64,000 bases of DNA. Origin: a virus. The stretch's first letter is position 1, and each line of letters starts with the position of its first letter. Positions 19,769 to 29,574 of the stretch are shown one piece after another. A program made the translations under genes and the position numbers. Under the pieces are notes generated by a model, which had not been told where the DNA came from, did no database searches, and saw nothing but the letters and a program-made list of their open reading frames with translations. The stretch spans positions 18,518 through 82,517 of the IMG/VR virus record IMGVR_UViG_3300009078_000075; one strand, given 5' to 3'.

Positions 19769-20670
19769 TGAATAAATTATTTTATACTTGGAGAGATTTT
19801 CAAAAAGATGTTAATTTATTAGTTGAGACGTGTACAAGATATTCAGCAATATATGGGGTTCCCAGAGGGGGAATTCCCTTGGCCGTTGCTTTGTCTCAAA
19901 GAACCGGAATTCCTATTATTGAAGATAAAGAACAAGTAATACATGATAATACAGTATTAGTGGTTGATGATATAGTAGATTCAGGAAAAACAAGGAATAA
20001 ATTTTTAAAAAATAATTTTATTGCAATTCATGGTCGATGTAAATGGGAAGACACATTGACTATAAATTGTTTAAATTATTCGGATGATTGGATTGTTTAT
20101 CCTTGGGAGGTTGATACTGAAAATACAGGTCCTACAGATTCAGTAACCCGATTGATTGAATTTATAGGGGAAGATCCAAATAGGGAAGGCATTATTGATA
20201 CCCCAAAGAGAGTTATTAAATCATATGAAGAAATATTTAAGGGGTATATACAAGAACCTTCTCAAATATTTACTACTTTTGATTCAGAGGGATATGATTC
20301 CCTTGTAATGCTTAAAAATATAGAAATATATTCTATGTGTGAGCATCATATGCTTCCTTTTTTTGGAAAAGCCCATATAGCGTATATTCCAGATGGAAAA
20401 ATAATCGGGATATCTAAATTAGCAAGACTTGCAGAAATTTATTCACGGAGAATGCAAATTCAAGAAAGAATAGGGGAACAAATTACCTCTGATTTAATGA
20501 AATATCTTAAACCAAAGGGGGCAGCATGTATTATTGAGGCTTCCCATTTATGTATGAGGATGAGAGGGGTAAGTAAGCAAAATTCTACAATGATGACCAG
20601 TTCTTTAAAAGGTGTTTTCCTTGAAAATATTTCTGCTCGACAAGAGCTTATGGAATTGATAAAAGATTAA
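19768..20670 (+). CDS. folE: Type I phosphoribosyltransferase fused to GTP cyclohydrolase I
   Basis: N-terminal VPRGG, VLVVDDIVDSGKT, WIVYPWE; C-terminal REG..DTPKR, CEHH, GISKLAR, QIQER, HLCMRMRG. Confidence 0.93.
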   Translation: MNKLFYTWRDFQKDVNLLVETCTRYSAIYGVPRGGIPLAVALSQRTGIPIIEDKEQVIHDNTVLVVDDIVDSGKTRNKFLKNNFIAIHGRCKWEDTLTINCLNYSDDWIVYPWEVDTENTGPTDSVTRLIEFIGEDPNREGIIDTPKRVIKSYEEIFKGYIQEPSQIFTTFDSEGYDSLVMLKNIEIYSMCEHHMLPFFGKAHIAYIPDGKIIGISKLARLAEIYSRRMQIQERIGEQITSDLMKYLKPKGAACIIEASHLCMRMRGVSKQNSTMMTSSLKGVFLENISARQELMELIKD

Positions 20671-20692
20671 TTTTGTAAAATTTTGTTTATAA

Positions 20693-20702
20693 ATACATAA
20701 TA
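20693..20702 (+). promoter_or_regulatory. Class B promoter-like box ATACATAATA
   Basis: Copies at 15327, 15424 (TTAC variant), 20693, 30698, 33225, 34781, 35471, 37274, 38481; all at gene boundaries on the coding strand. Confidence 0.7.
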
Positions 20703-20750
20703 TATATACAGAAAGTTTAAACAGTAACCCTTATAAAAGGAGATCCGAAA

Positions 20751-21245
20751 ATGGATCAGGAAAAGAATGAAATTCCGGTTTATGTTTCAAATTTTGAGAT
20801 GTATCAGAGAGCCCTGCAGAAGGAAATTCAAATGTGGGAGCGAAATGTTCGGCTTCTTAACGAAAGTCTTGGAAAGCGATATTTGAAAGATCCCGATCTT
20901 TGTATTTTTATTGAGGATATTGGGAAACTTTCATATGGGGGGGCTGTTGTGTGTCATTTTTCAGAGAAAATGGCAAAGGAAGCTGGGAAAAATCCTTCAT
21001 GTTGTGATTTTTGTCCTGCTGTTATGTGCGGGAATGGCCATTGTGAAGAGCGGGATAACAATCGGAAGATGGTCGGGGTGTGGGGATTATTTGACAATTC
21101 TCTTGATTATCTTATTCAGGGGAATGAGCGGCCGAGAATTCAAATGTATCATGTAGAGGCTGCTACAGCAATTCTTTTGTGGTTGAGAAAGACAAAATTC
21201 AATCTACAAAAGATGTATTCACAATGGTACAACGGGGGGGATTAA
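20751..21245 (+). CDS. Hypothetical Cys-rich protein
   Basis: AGGAG RBS after class B box; CCDFCPAVMC..HC. Confidence 0.65.
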   Translation: MDQEKNEIPVYVSNFEMYQRALQKEIQMWERNVRLLNESLGKRYLKDPDLCIFIEDIGKLSYGGAVVCHFSEKMAKEAGKNPSCCDFCPAVMCGNGHCEERDNNRKMVGVWGLFDNSLDYLIQGNERPRIQMYHVEAATAILLWLRKTKFNLQKMYSQWYNGGD

Positions 21246-21344
21246 TTAGAGGAGGTGATTATTAATGAGGCGATTTTAAATTTGTAAAAGTATATTGATT
21301 TTTTTCGGCATGGTAGTATTTTGTGAGATCGTTTAAAAATTTGG

Positions 21345-21419
21345 TGAGGAAAATTAAAACTCGTAAGTCCTTTATAAGAATTTTTAAATGTATGAGGAAA
21401 ATTAAAACTCGTAAGTCCT
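21345..21419 (+). repeat. Two exact 27-bp hairpin-forming direct repeats (period 48)
   Basis: TGAGGAAAATTAAAACTCGTAAGTCCT at 21345 and 21393. Confidence 0.85.
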
Positions 21420-21454
21420 CTTATCTTACAATCTTTTTGGAAAGGGGAAACAAA

Positions 21455-21874
21455 ATGAAAGAAAATTTTCCAATTGAAAAGGAATTTGAATATAATAAAA
21501 TTGGTTCATGGTATGATGGGAATCCATATACCATTGCATTTTGTTATCCAAAAGATTTTTCCCCCTTTATTGTAAAGGGGGGAATAATTGACGTTCGATC
21601 ACATATTGAAAAGAAAATGCTTGGTAAGGCATTTTTAGTTTATTATACAATGTTTTGGAAAGGAAAGACAAGAACAATTATTGATATTTATTTAGGAAAT
21701 ACAAAAAATAGTGCTTATTTAAGAAATAGGGAAAACCTCTGTAATAAGCATCAACATTATCAACTTATTGTTTTTTTAAAAAATACTAATGTTTCTGGTA
21801 CCCTTTCTTTTGAAAAATGGTTTCGACGACCACCCCGAAAATGGATAAAGGAATTAAATCCTTATATTGTTTAA
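21455..21874 (+). CDS. Hypothetical protein
   Basis: GGGGA RBS before ATG 21455; the longer ORF call only reads through the repeats. Confidence 0.6.
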   Translation: MKENFPIEKEFEYNKIGSWYDGNPYTIAFCYPKDFSPFIVKGGIIDVRSHIEKKMLGKAFLVYYTMFWKGKTRTIIDIYLGNTKNSAYLRNRENLCNKHQHYQLIVFLKNTNVSGTLSFEKWFRRPPRKWIKELNPYIV

Positions 21875-21881
21875 AAAATAA

Positions 21882-21957
21882 GGGGTATTAACTCAGTTGG
21901 TAGAGTATTTGCCTTTTAAGCAAAGAGTCATCGGTTCGAGCCCGATATACCCCACCA
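21882..21957 (+). tRNA. tRNA-Lys(UUU)
   Basis: Acceptor GGGGTAT/ATACCCC, D arm, anticodon arm TTTGC-CTTTTAA-GCAAA, GGTTCGAGCC T loop, encoded CCA; 76 nt. Confidence 0.95.
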
Positions 21958-22519
21958 ATTTTAAATATTGAAGGGAATATGATTACAAAAATAGTAAATT
22001 CAAAAGAAGAATTTTTAATTATCCCTTTGATAATGTCTCAAAGTATGGTGGTAGAGGAAGATATGGAGGTGATTTTAAATAATAAAACAGGAACTAAATA
22101 TCTTTTTCATCCTTGTCCATCAAATAATAAATTTTATAAAAAAATGTATTATAATGTAAAAAGAATGAGTGATCGTGAATTTAAATTTAAAACAGGTGGA
22201 TTTTTTTCTTAAAATATTGAAATGGAGAAAAAAATGGAAAACATTAATGAAGTACAGTCAGATTTGAAGGAAGAAGTTATGCAGAAATTAAATCAGATAA
22301 AAAAACCAGTGAGGTCTTTTATTTCTCATCATAGTGGAAAAAATGCATTGGCATTTCTTTCATTGGCTTCTCTTTTTGCTCCACCAATGAATGTTCCCCT
22401 TGATGATGAATCAGGATTATGTATTCCTAAACTTGATAAATGTTTATTAAATAAAAAGAACAGGAATAGGCGAAGGAATCAGATTGCAAAAATGTCAAGG
22501 AAAAGGAACAGAGGATAAA

Positions 22520-23095
22520 ATGATCATTGGGATAACTGGATATAAAGGTGTTGGGAAGGATGTTGCCGCTCAGGTATTTACAAACATGGGATTTGTTCAT
22601 TACAAATTTGCAAATGCTTTAAAACAAGCATTAAAGATTTTGTTTTTATGGGATGATCAATATATTGAGGGTCCTTTAAAGGAAACGATTGATGAAAGAT
22701 GGGGAATTTCTCCGAGACAAGCAATGCAATTTTTTGGTACTGAAATAGGACGTGAATTATTGCCAAAAACATTTCCTTTATTTAAAGAAAAAAATGGGGA
22801 CAATTATTGGGTAAGATATTTTAAATATTGGCGTGAGCAATTTAAATATCAAGAGGTTAATATTGTTGTTTCTGATGTTCGATTTCCTAATGAAGTTGAC
22901 AGTATTAGAGAGATGGGGGGGGTTATTTTACGAATATCTCGCCCTTCTGTCATAAATAATGATCCTCATGTATCTGAAAAATTTATTAAACAAATTGATC
23001 CTGAATATGAAATAGCTAATATGCATTCATTAGAAGAGTTTATACAACAAGTTAAATGTGTTTATTCATTAATTTTATCATGGAAGTGTGTATAA
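22520..23095 (+). CDS. Deoxynucleoside monophosphate kinase
   Basis: IIGITGYKGVGKD, FA..LK, PRQAMQFFGTE, VSDVRFPNE, HVSE. Confidence 0.9.
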   Translation: MIIGITGYKGVGKDVAAQVFTNMGFVHYKFANALKQALKILFLWDDQYIEGPLKETIDERWGISPRQAMQFFGTEIGRELLPKTFPLFKEKNGDNYWVRYFKYWREQFKYQEVNIVVSDVRFPNEVDSIREMGGVILRISRPSVINNDPHVSEKFIKQIDPEYEIANMHSLEEFIQQVKCVYSLILSWKCV

Positions 23096-23104
23096 GATTT
23101 TAAT

Positions 23105-23572
23105 ATGAAAATATTGGTAATGAGTGAAAAGCTTTGTTTGTCAAAAATGAAAGAGCCTTTTTTTGAAAGTTTTATTGTTATATCAATATCCAGTCCTGAT
23201 AGAAAAGGAATACGTTTGTATAATCCTTTTATGAGGGAAGCTTTATATTTACAATTTTATGATCTTGATACAAAACCATTAGATAAATTTTTTTATACTG
23301 TTAATGGGACAAAAGAAAAATTTGTTCTTTTTAATAAAAAGGATGCTAAAAATATTTTACAGTTTGTTAAAAAATATGAAAAAGAGGTTGATTTAATTAT
23401 AGTAAATTGTGGGGCAGGTATTTCCCGATCTGCCGGTGTTGCTGCTGCTCTATCTTTTATATATAATGGAGATAATTCTTTTTATTTTAGGCAATATTCA
23501 CCAAATAAACTTGTATATCGGATTATTCTTAATGAGTATAATAAGGGGAAAAATAATGGGATTGTCTGCTAA
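23105..23572 (+). CDS. Cys-based protein tyrosine/dual-specificity phosphatase-like protein
   Basis: LQFYD and CGAGISRS (CX5R). Confidence 0.8.
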   Translation: MKILVMSEKLCLSKMKEPFFESFIVISISSPDRKGIRLYNPFMREALYLQFYDLDTKPLDKFFYTVNGTKEKFVLFNKKDAKNILQFVKKYEKEVDLIIVNCGAGISRSAGVAAALSFIYNGDNSFYFRQYSPNKLVYRIILNEYNKGKNNGIVC

Positions 23573-24167
23573 ATCTTTTTTTGCTATTTGTAATGATGTT
23601 GCCCAAAATTCAAAATGCTTATCTCGAAAAATAGGCGCTGTTATTGTACGGGATGGAGCTATTGTAGGGACAGGGTATAATGGTCCTCCGAGAGGGGTCC
23701 CCCATTGTGGTGTCAGACATCAATATGATAATAAATTACAGGAGGAATATTATAATAAAAAAGCATGTTTTTGTTCTGATTGTTCTTGGGATGGAAAAAG
23801 TTTTCCAATAATAATAAGTGGAAATACTATTACATCTGCAATTACAAGTACAATATGTCCTCGCCAAATATTGGGATATAAATCAGGGGAAGGATTAGAA
23901 TGGTGCATAGCGGGACATGCTGAACGGAATGCCCTTATAAATTGTGCCCGAGAGGGAATTTCTACAAAGGGGTGTTCTATGTATATGTCTTGTGGAATTT
24001 CCTGCACTCCTTGTTTAGTGGAAATTATTAATGCCGGGATTGTGGAAATTATTGTTACCAAATTTTCATTTTATGATTTATCAGGGGAGTATTTAGTTAG
24101 AAATTCATCACTTATAGTAAAAAATTTTGACGGAGAGGTTTTTAAAAAATGGGAAAGAAAAAAGTAA
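23556..24167 (+). CDS. dCMP deaminase
   Basis: SKC..RKIGAVI, GYNG, HAERNA, CTPC. Confidence 0.88.
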   Translation: MGLSAKSFFAICNDVAQNSKCLSRKIGAVIVRDGAIVGTGYNGPPRGVPHCGVRHQYDNKLQEEYYNKKACFCSDCSWDGKSFPIIISGNTITSAITSTICPRQILGYKSGEGLEWCIAGHAERNALINCAREGISTKGCSMYMSCGISCTPCLVEIINAGIVEIIVTKFSFYDLSGEYLVRNSSLIVKNFDGEVFKKWERKK

Positions 24168-24503
24168 AAAAAATCAGTGACCTTGCTTTTTTTTATAAAA
24201 TAAGGAAACAAATGCCTGATCCTTCAGAGGCACATTCTTTGAAAAATAAGTATAATAAGTCAAAATTTAAGAAAGAAGAAAAGGAATTTAACAAAACATA
24301 TAAAGGGAAATCTTTTTTTGAAAGTGATGATGAATAATGGAAACTGTTCTTCTTCAATGTTCAAAATGTGAAAAAATAGTGAGAAGGAATATTATTAAAA
24401 ATGGGACTTCTTTATTTTTTTGCATTACGTGTAATGAAATTATGGAAATTGTAGAAGTGTATACTGTAACTGCTCCCCCTAATATTGAAAATGAGGAAAA
24501 AGA

Positions 24504-25076
24504 ATGATTCAAGTTAAATTTAAAAAAATTAATGAAAATGCTGTTATTCCAAAATATGCATACCCCAATGATTCCGGTTTTGATTTTTGTACAATTGAAG
24601 GTGTTTCAGTTTTTTATGGGGAAATTACTTTAATAAGAACAGGATTACAAATTGAATTACCAGGGGGAATTTCTTTTCTTAAAGAAAAATCGATTGATGA
24701 TTATGAACAAAATAGAAAAGATATATTTCATTCCCCTTTACCTATTAATGATTATCCTTTTTTTAATAATATACGAAATGGACAATTAATCCTTGTTCCA
24801 GAATTACAAATTAGAGCAAAAAGTGGATTAGCATTAAATCATGGGATACAAGTTGTAAATGGCCCTGCAACGGTGGATAATTCATATCGAGGAGAAATTA
24901 AAGTATTAATTACAAGGGTCATTCCCGGACAATATTTTTTTAATAAAGGGGAAAAATTTGCTCAAGGGGTAATTTCATTGGTAATGAGTACCCCGTCTGT
25001 TCAATTTCAAGAAGTTTTAGAATTGTCAAAAACAGAAAGATCAGATGGGGGATTTGGTAGTACAGGGAATTGGTAA
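24504..25076 (+). CDS. dut: Trimeric dUTPase with internal insertion
   Basis: SGFD, KSGLA, TVDNSYRGE, AQ, RSDGGFGSTG. Confidence 0.9.
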   Translation: MIQVKFKKINENAVIPKYAYPNDSGFDFCTIEGVSVFYGEITLIRTGLQIELPGGISFLKEKSIDDYEQNRKDIFHSPLPINDYPFFNNIRNGQLILVPELQIRAKSGLALNHGIQVVNGPATVDNSYRGEIKVLITRVIPGQYFFNKGEKFAQGVISLVMSTPSVQFQEVLELSKTERSDGGFGSTGNW

Positions 25077-25083
25077 AAATTTT

Positions 25084-25094
25084 TGTATATTATA
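25084..25094 (+). promoter_or_regulatory. Class C (late-type) box TGTATATTATA
   Basis: Exact copies at 25084, 40190, 46717, 59669; variant on minus at 9298-9308 upstream of terS. Confidence 0.6.
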
Positions 25095-25205
25095 TATGAT
25101 CATTATTTTTTTAATTTTAATAATTTAAAAGTTTGGAGGATTTTATAAATGAGTCTAAATTATATTTCTTCTTCAAGTTAATTTTAGAATTGTGTTGGCA
25201 GTAAT

Positions 25206-25982
25206 ATGAAATCAATTACATGTTTAGGTGACTTTCATTGTGGAAATAGAACAGGATTAACGATTGAACCAAGAAATAAGGTTCAGGAGTTTCTTTTAGA
25301 TGAATATAAAAAGAATATTAATTTATGGAATGATGTTAGTATCGTTATTGCTAACGGTGATCTTATTGATGGGTTGGGATTTTATGATCCATCTCAAACA
25401 CAAAATGATTTGTTGAAACAAGCAAAAGATGCATTTGAATTACTTAAATTGTGGAATGCAGATAAGTATTTTCTTACCTTTGGTACTCCTTTTCATGTTA
25501 CAGATAAAAAAACAGGAGTTGATTATGAACAGCTCATTTGTGATTTTTTAAATACATGGAGACCAGGATGTGCAAGGATTGAGGATGATTATAATGTAAA
25601 TCCTGCTCTTACCATTAAAGGAATTAGATTTAATATACGTCATAAAGTAGGGACGTCCATTGTTCCTTATGGAAAAGCTACTTTATTATTACGCACTGTA
25701 ATTGCATCATTAATGAGAAATGCTATCAATAAACAAGAACTTCCTCATATAATTATTCGTTCCCATGCTCATTATTATTTAAAAGTGGAGGAATACGGAA
25801 TTATTGCAATGATATTACCTTGCTGGCAAGCTCCGGGATCAAAATTTGGGACAAGACATTGTGAGGGATTAATTGATGTTGGGTCCGTAAAAATTGATAT
25901 TAATGAGGAGACGAAAGAATTTTGGATAAACAAACGTATTGTGCTATTCTCATCGATGGATGGAGAGCATATAGTGATATAA
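25206..25982 (+). CDS. Calcineurin-like metallophosphoesterase
   Basis: GDFHCG, NGDLIDG, GTPFH, RSHAH. Confidence 0.75.
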   Translation: MKSITCLGDFHCGNRTGLTIEPRNKVQEFLLDEYKKNINLWNDVSIVIANGDLIDGLGFYDPSQTQNDLLKQAKDAFELLKLWNADKYFLTFGTPFHVTDKKTGVDYEQLICDFLNTWRPGCARIEDDYNVNPALTIKGIRFNIRHKVGTSIVPYGKATLLLRTVIASLMRNAINKQELPHIIIRSHAHYYLKVEEYGIIAMILPCWQAPGSKFGTRHCEGLIDVGSVKIDINEETKEFWINKRIVLFSSMDGEHIVI

Positions 25983-26392
25983 ATGATATTGATTTAATAG
26001 AGAAAAGAAAACAAAAGGAAAAAGATTTTTGTTGTACTAAATGTCAAGATAAGAGAAAATGTGAATATTATATAGAAAGAAATAATGAACGTAGCACCGA
26101 TTGGAAAAGAAATAATTATGAATTAAATTTAAATGTATGTACTGTATATAATGGATCAGAAAAGGGAAAGGAGAGATATAAAAGATATAATTTATCAGAA
26201 AAGGGAAAGGAAAGGTGTAGAAAACATGAACGTACTGAGAAAAGAAAGGAACAAAGACGATTATATAATCTACTCCCGGCGGTAAAGAAAAAACGAAAAG
26301 AAAGAGAATATACTTTACAAAGAAAGTTATACAAAAAATTATATTATGAGAGAAAAAAACAAGAACGATTACTTAAAGACAAGGGTAATTAG
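25922..26392 (+). CDS. Basic protein with YNxSEKGKER repeats
   Basis: CxxC/C and repeated K/R-rich unit; start uncertain. Confidence 0.5.
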   Translation: MDKQTYCAILIDGWRAYSDINDIDLIEKRKQKEKDFCCTKCQDKRKCEYYIERNNERSTDWKRNNYELNLNVCTVYNGSEKGKERYKRYNLSEKGKERCRKHERTEKRKEQRRLYNLLPAVKKKRKEREYTLQRKLYKKLYYERKKQERLLKDKGN

Positions 26393-26560
26393 TGTTCATT
26401 TTTTACAGTGTTTCCGTTGTGGTAAAACGGTAAGTATTTGTGATAATCCCGCCTGTTATAAACCCCTTAATTCAAGAAAAAAAATATTTTGTACTCGTCA
26501 ATCTCATTTTTGTTCTGAACATTGTTTAAATTATAAAAATAATTGGAAAGGTTTTCAAAA

Positions 26561-27370
26561 ATGATTACCAGTTCTTTAATTGTAAAATTATTGAAACAAA
26601 AACACATACTTGATTTGTGTTTCCCTGAATGTAAAGTAGGACCAACATACGGTGTAAACACTCATCCAATCCGTCTTGATTTTGTGGCAATAAAAAAATC
26701 ATGGACCCAGTCATACATATATGGGTATGAAATAAAGACGCATCGACAAGATTTTGTAAATGATAATAAATGGCCCGAATATCTAAAATACTGCACTTCT
26801 TTTTATTTTGTGTGCCCTCCCGGGGTTATTAATAAAACGGAACTTCCTGATTCTGCAGGGTTATATAATACATCAAAAAATGGGACCCGTCTTTTTTGTA
26901 TTAAAAAAGCTCCAATACGTGATATAACAATCCCTGAGTCCTTTTTTTGGTACTTATTAATAAACAGGGTTATTGCATCGGAAAATACATGGAAGCAACA
27001 AGAGACAAATTATGAGTATTGGAAGCGGTGGCTTAGTGAAAAAGACGAAAAAAAGAATCTCGGTAGTTTTGTTTCAAAGAAACTTCGGAAACTTGTTGAT
27101 GATAAAATTTCCTGTGTTGAAAAAGAAAATAGACATTTTAAAGATATGATACAGGGATTTGATACATTAAAGCAATTTCTTTTATCAATCGGGGTATCTC
27201 AATATGATATTGATAATGGGAGTAGTTGGACATTAAGAAGAAGGGTAAATGATATAAGACAATTAATTTCCCCCGATTTGTTACATAATATAAATACAAG
27301 TATTAATGAGCTTGATAAATTGAAACAATTAATAATTGAATTGACAAAGGAGAAAAATGAAAACATTTGA
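26561..27370 (+). CDS. MmcB-like PD-(D/E)XK nuclease
   Basis: E..V...RLD...YEIK..RQDF..D.KW..Y..YC..FYFVCP. Confidence 0.75.
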   Translation: MITSSLIVKLLKQKHILDLCFPECKVGPTYGVNTHPIRLDFVAIKKSWTQSYIYGYEIKTHRQDFVNDNKWPEYLKYCTSFYFVCPPGVINKTELPDSAGLYNTSKNGTRLFCIKKAPIRDITIPESFFWYLLINRVIASENTWKQQETNYEYWKRWLSEKDEKKNLGSFVSKKLRKLVDDKISCVEKENRHFKDMIQGFDTLKQFLLSIGVSQYDIDNGSSWTLRRRVNDIRQLISPDLLHNINTSINELDKLKQLIIELTKEKNENI

Positions 27371-27560
27371 GCAGGAATTACAGGAACTTATAAATCGTTA
27401 TAGTAAAGAATCAGGATCGGATACCCCTGATTTTATGCTTGCTGAATATCTTTATGATTGTCTTATCGTGTTTGGGAAGACTATGAAAGCAAGGGATAAA
27501 TGGTATGGAAAGGAAAAATTTACTGGATTAAATTCAAATATTTTAGAAAAAAACGATTGA
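27357..27560 (+). CDS. Small conserved-type phage protein
   Basis: LINRYSKE..SDTPDFMLAEYL; AGGAG RBS. Confidence 0.6.
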   Translation: MKTFEQELQELINRYSKESGSDTPDFMLAEYLYDCLIVFGKTMKARDKWYGKEKFTGLNSNILEKND

Positions 27561-27627
27561 AAAGACAAAATATGCCGATATATATAATAGAGAGGGAAAT
27601 AACAATAACCTTTAACAAAGGAGAAAG

Positions 27628-27930
27628 TTGATGAAAAGATTAGTAATTTTAATTTTAGTTTTTTTTGTAATTTTGAATTTTTCAGTTTGTAATGCTTACG
27701 GATGTTTTAATTATACAACCGGGACTGGGAATGATAACCATACCCCTATATTTGATCAGCCATTGGGTAAAGGTAGACTTATCGCTTGGATTCCAAATAA
27801 TACTGCATTACGGTGTTCAGCTCATAATGGTATTTGGGTGAAGGTTATTTATTGGTTGGGAGAAAGAGGTAAATCAGATTGTATTATTGGGTGGATTCCT
27901 AAAGATTTTTTAAAATGTTTGTCTAAGTAA
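27628..27930 (+). CDS. Exported SH3-like protein
   Basis: Signal peptide; WVKV...GWIP..FL; class A promoter. Confidence 0.55.
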   Translation: MMKRLVILILVFFVILNFSVCNAYGCFNYTTGTGNDNHTPIFDQPLGKGRLIAWIPNNTALRCSAHNGIWVKVIYWLGERGKSDCIIGWIPKDFLKCLSK

Positions 27931-27963
27931 TATGAAGTTAACTTTTGACAAAAGGTGAATCCG

Positions 27964-28422
27964 ATGAAAAAAATTATTATCTTCATTGTTATGTTTTTAG
28001 TTTTAGCAAATATTGTTCAAGCAGCTTCCCCTTTAGGATATGGGGGTAATTGGGATTATAATGAAGTTAGGTCCTTTCCAAGAACAAAATTAGATTTATC
28101 ATGGAATACATGGGATTCTTATGATAAAGCTCTTTTTTGCACTTGGATGAGTACACGGATTGTAGATTATGGACAGACAAATTATTGTATACATCATTCT
28201 GAAACAAATGGTGAGCGAAATGAATTAATTAATGATCTTACTGATAGATGGGGCCGGGATGCTACATTACCTTATTTTATTGCAGGATCTATTCTTGGAT
28301 ATCTTGTTGCTAATGCTATGCCTTCTGGTAAGTTACGAAAAGCATTATTGCTTTCATTTGTTTTTTTACAGGGGAGAAATTGTGTATTCAATGCTTGTGG
28401 AGGATGTGGGGTTAGATTTTAA
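27964..28422 (+). CDS. Exported/membrane protein
   Basis: Signal peptide MKKIIIF...VQA; hydrophobic C-terminal helices. Confidence 0.55.
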   Translation: MKKIIIFIVMFLVLANIVQAASPLGYGGNWDYNEVRSFPRTKLDLSWNTWDSYDKALFCTWMSTRIVDYGQTNYCIHHSETNGERNELINDLTDRWGRDATLPYFIAGSILGYLVANAMPSGKLRKALLLSFVFLQGRNCVFNACGGCGVRF

Positions 28423-28899
28423 AAATGATTAAGTTAAAGGATTTAACAAAAAAAGAATTATTTGAAATTATTAAAGAACTGGGATTAGATAAATTAATTT
28501 CGGATAGTGATATTAATTTTAAAAGGTATAATTCAAGATGTAAAAAAGCTCAAATGCTTATGGATAATGCAATGAAAAGAATGAATTTATTTCGTGGTAC
28601 TGGGAAAATGCTTTTATATTGCAGAGCTTCTAATGACTGGGATCAGGGGAAAAGACAATTTGAGTTAGCCCAACTTGATTATGATGCTTTTTTAAAGGAA
28701 AAGGAAAATGAGAAAAACATATAAACGATTTTGTATATAAAAAAAATTCTATTTTATTCAAATTGACACAAATTTATTTATATAATGAAATTTATTTATA
28801 TAATGAAATTGATTTTGATGTTACCCTTCCAGAAATAAAGGATTTAGTTAAAAGGTTTAAAGAAAATTTAAATCGAAAAATGAATAGGGAAATCAAAAA

Positions 28900-29352
28900 A
28901 TGAAATATTTAGAATATCGAAATATGACATCTAAGCAAATTGCAGGTAAGTTAAGAAAAGAAAAATTATGGTATGATTATGTAACTGCACTTCGGGGGCC
29001 AGATTTTTGTGAAAATAATTTAAAGGATCTTTTTACATGTTTTCTCCGGGGAAAAATGAAACTATTATCCGGGATGATGGGAATAGTTTATTTTGAAAGA
29101 AAAATTTATTCAATTTATAAAGAAATAATTTCATCTGAAAAATCTGATTATTTTATTGAATTTCCTGGTATTGAATTTAATTTTGGTAGAAAACATTGGA
29201 TAAGACATATATATTCAGGATTACAAGCAGTTGAATCATTTGGTGAAGAAGTGGAAGAAATTGCAAATGCATTGGAAATAGCTTTGTGCAATGACAATGC
29301 ATTTTCTTTTATAAATATTGAAAGAATTGTAAATATAATAAAACCATTATAA
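28900..29352 (+). CDS. Hypothetical protein, paralog of 31130..31636
   Basis: Shared WxDYxTALRGPD, LFTCFLRG, HWxxH, EEIA. Confidence 0.7.
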   Translation: MKYLEYRNMTSKQIAGKLRKEKLWYDYVTALRGPDFCENNLKDLFTCFLRGKMKLLSGMMGIVYFERKIYSIYKEIISSEKSDYFIEFPGIEFNFGRKHWIRHIYSGLQAVESFGEEVEEIANALEIALCNDNAFSFINIERIVNIIKPL

Positions 29353-29574
29353 AAAATACGGGAGGAGATATGAAATTTAGGGTGATCATGATTGAAGAGT
29401 ATGAAGTTGATCCTTCATTGTATCCCAAGGGAAGTACCCCGGATGCAATGCGGAAAATTGATGAAGATAATTATAATAATGATCCTTCATTTATCCTTGA
29501 TGCAGATAATTTGAGGATATCGGTGGAAATCGTTGCAGAAGGGGAGATGCGAAGTGGAAAAAAGAAGATTATTA

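Noticed and set aside
21345-21419. Mini CRISPR array
   Set aside because: Only two repeats, one 21-nt AT-rich spacer, no cas genes or typical repeat ends
28771-28810. 18-bp tandem duplication AATTTATTTATATAATGA
   Set aside because: Low-complexity slippage with no further structure
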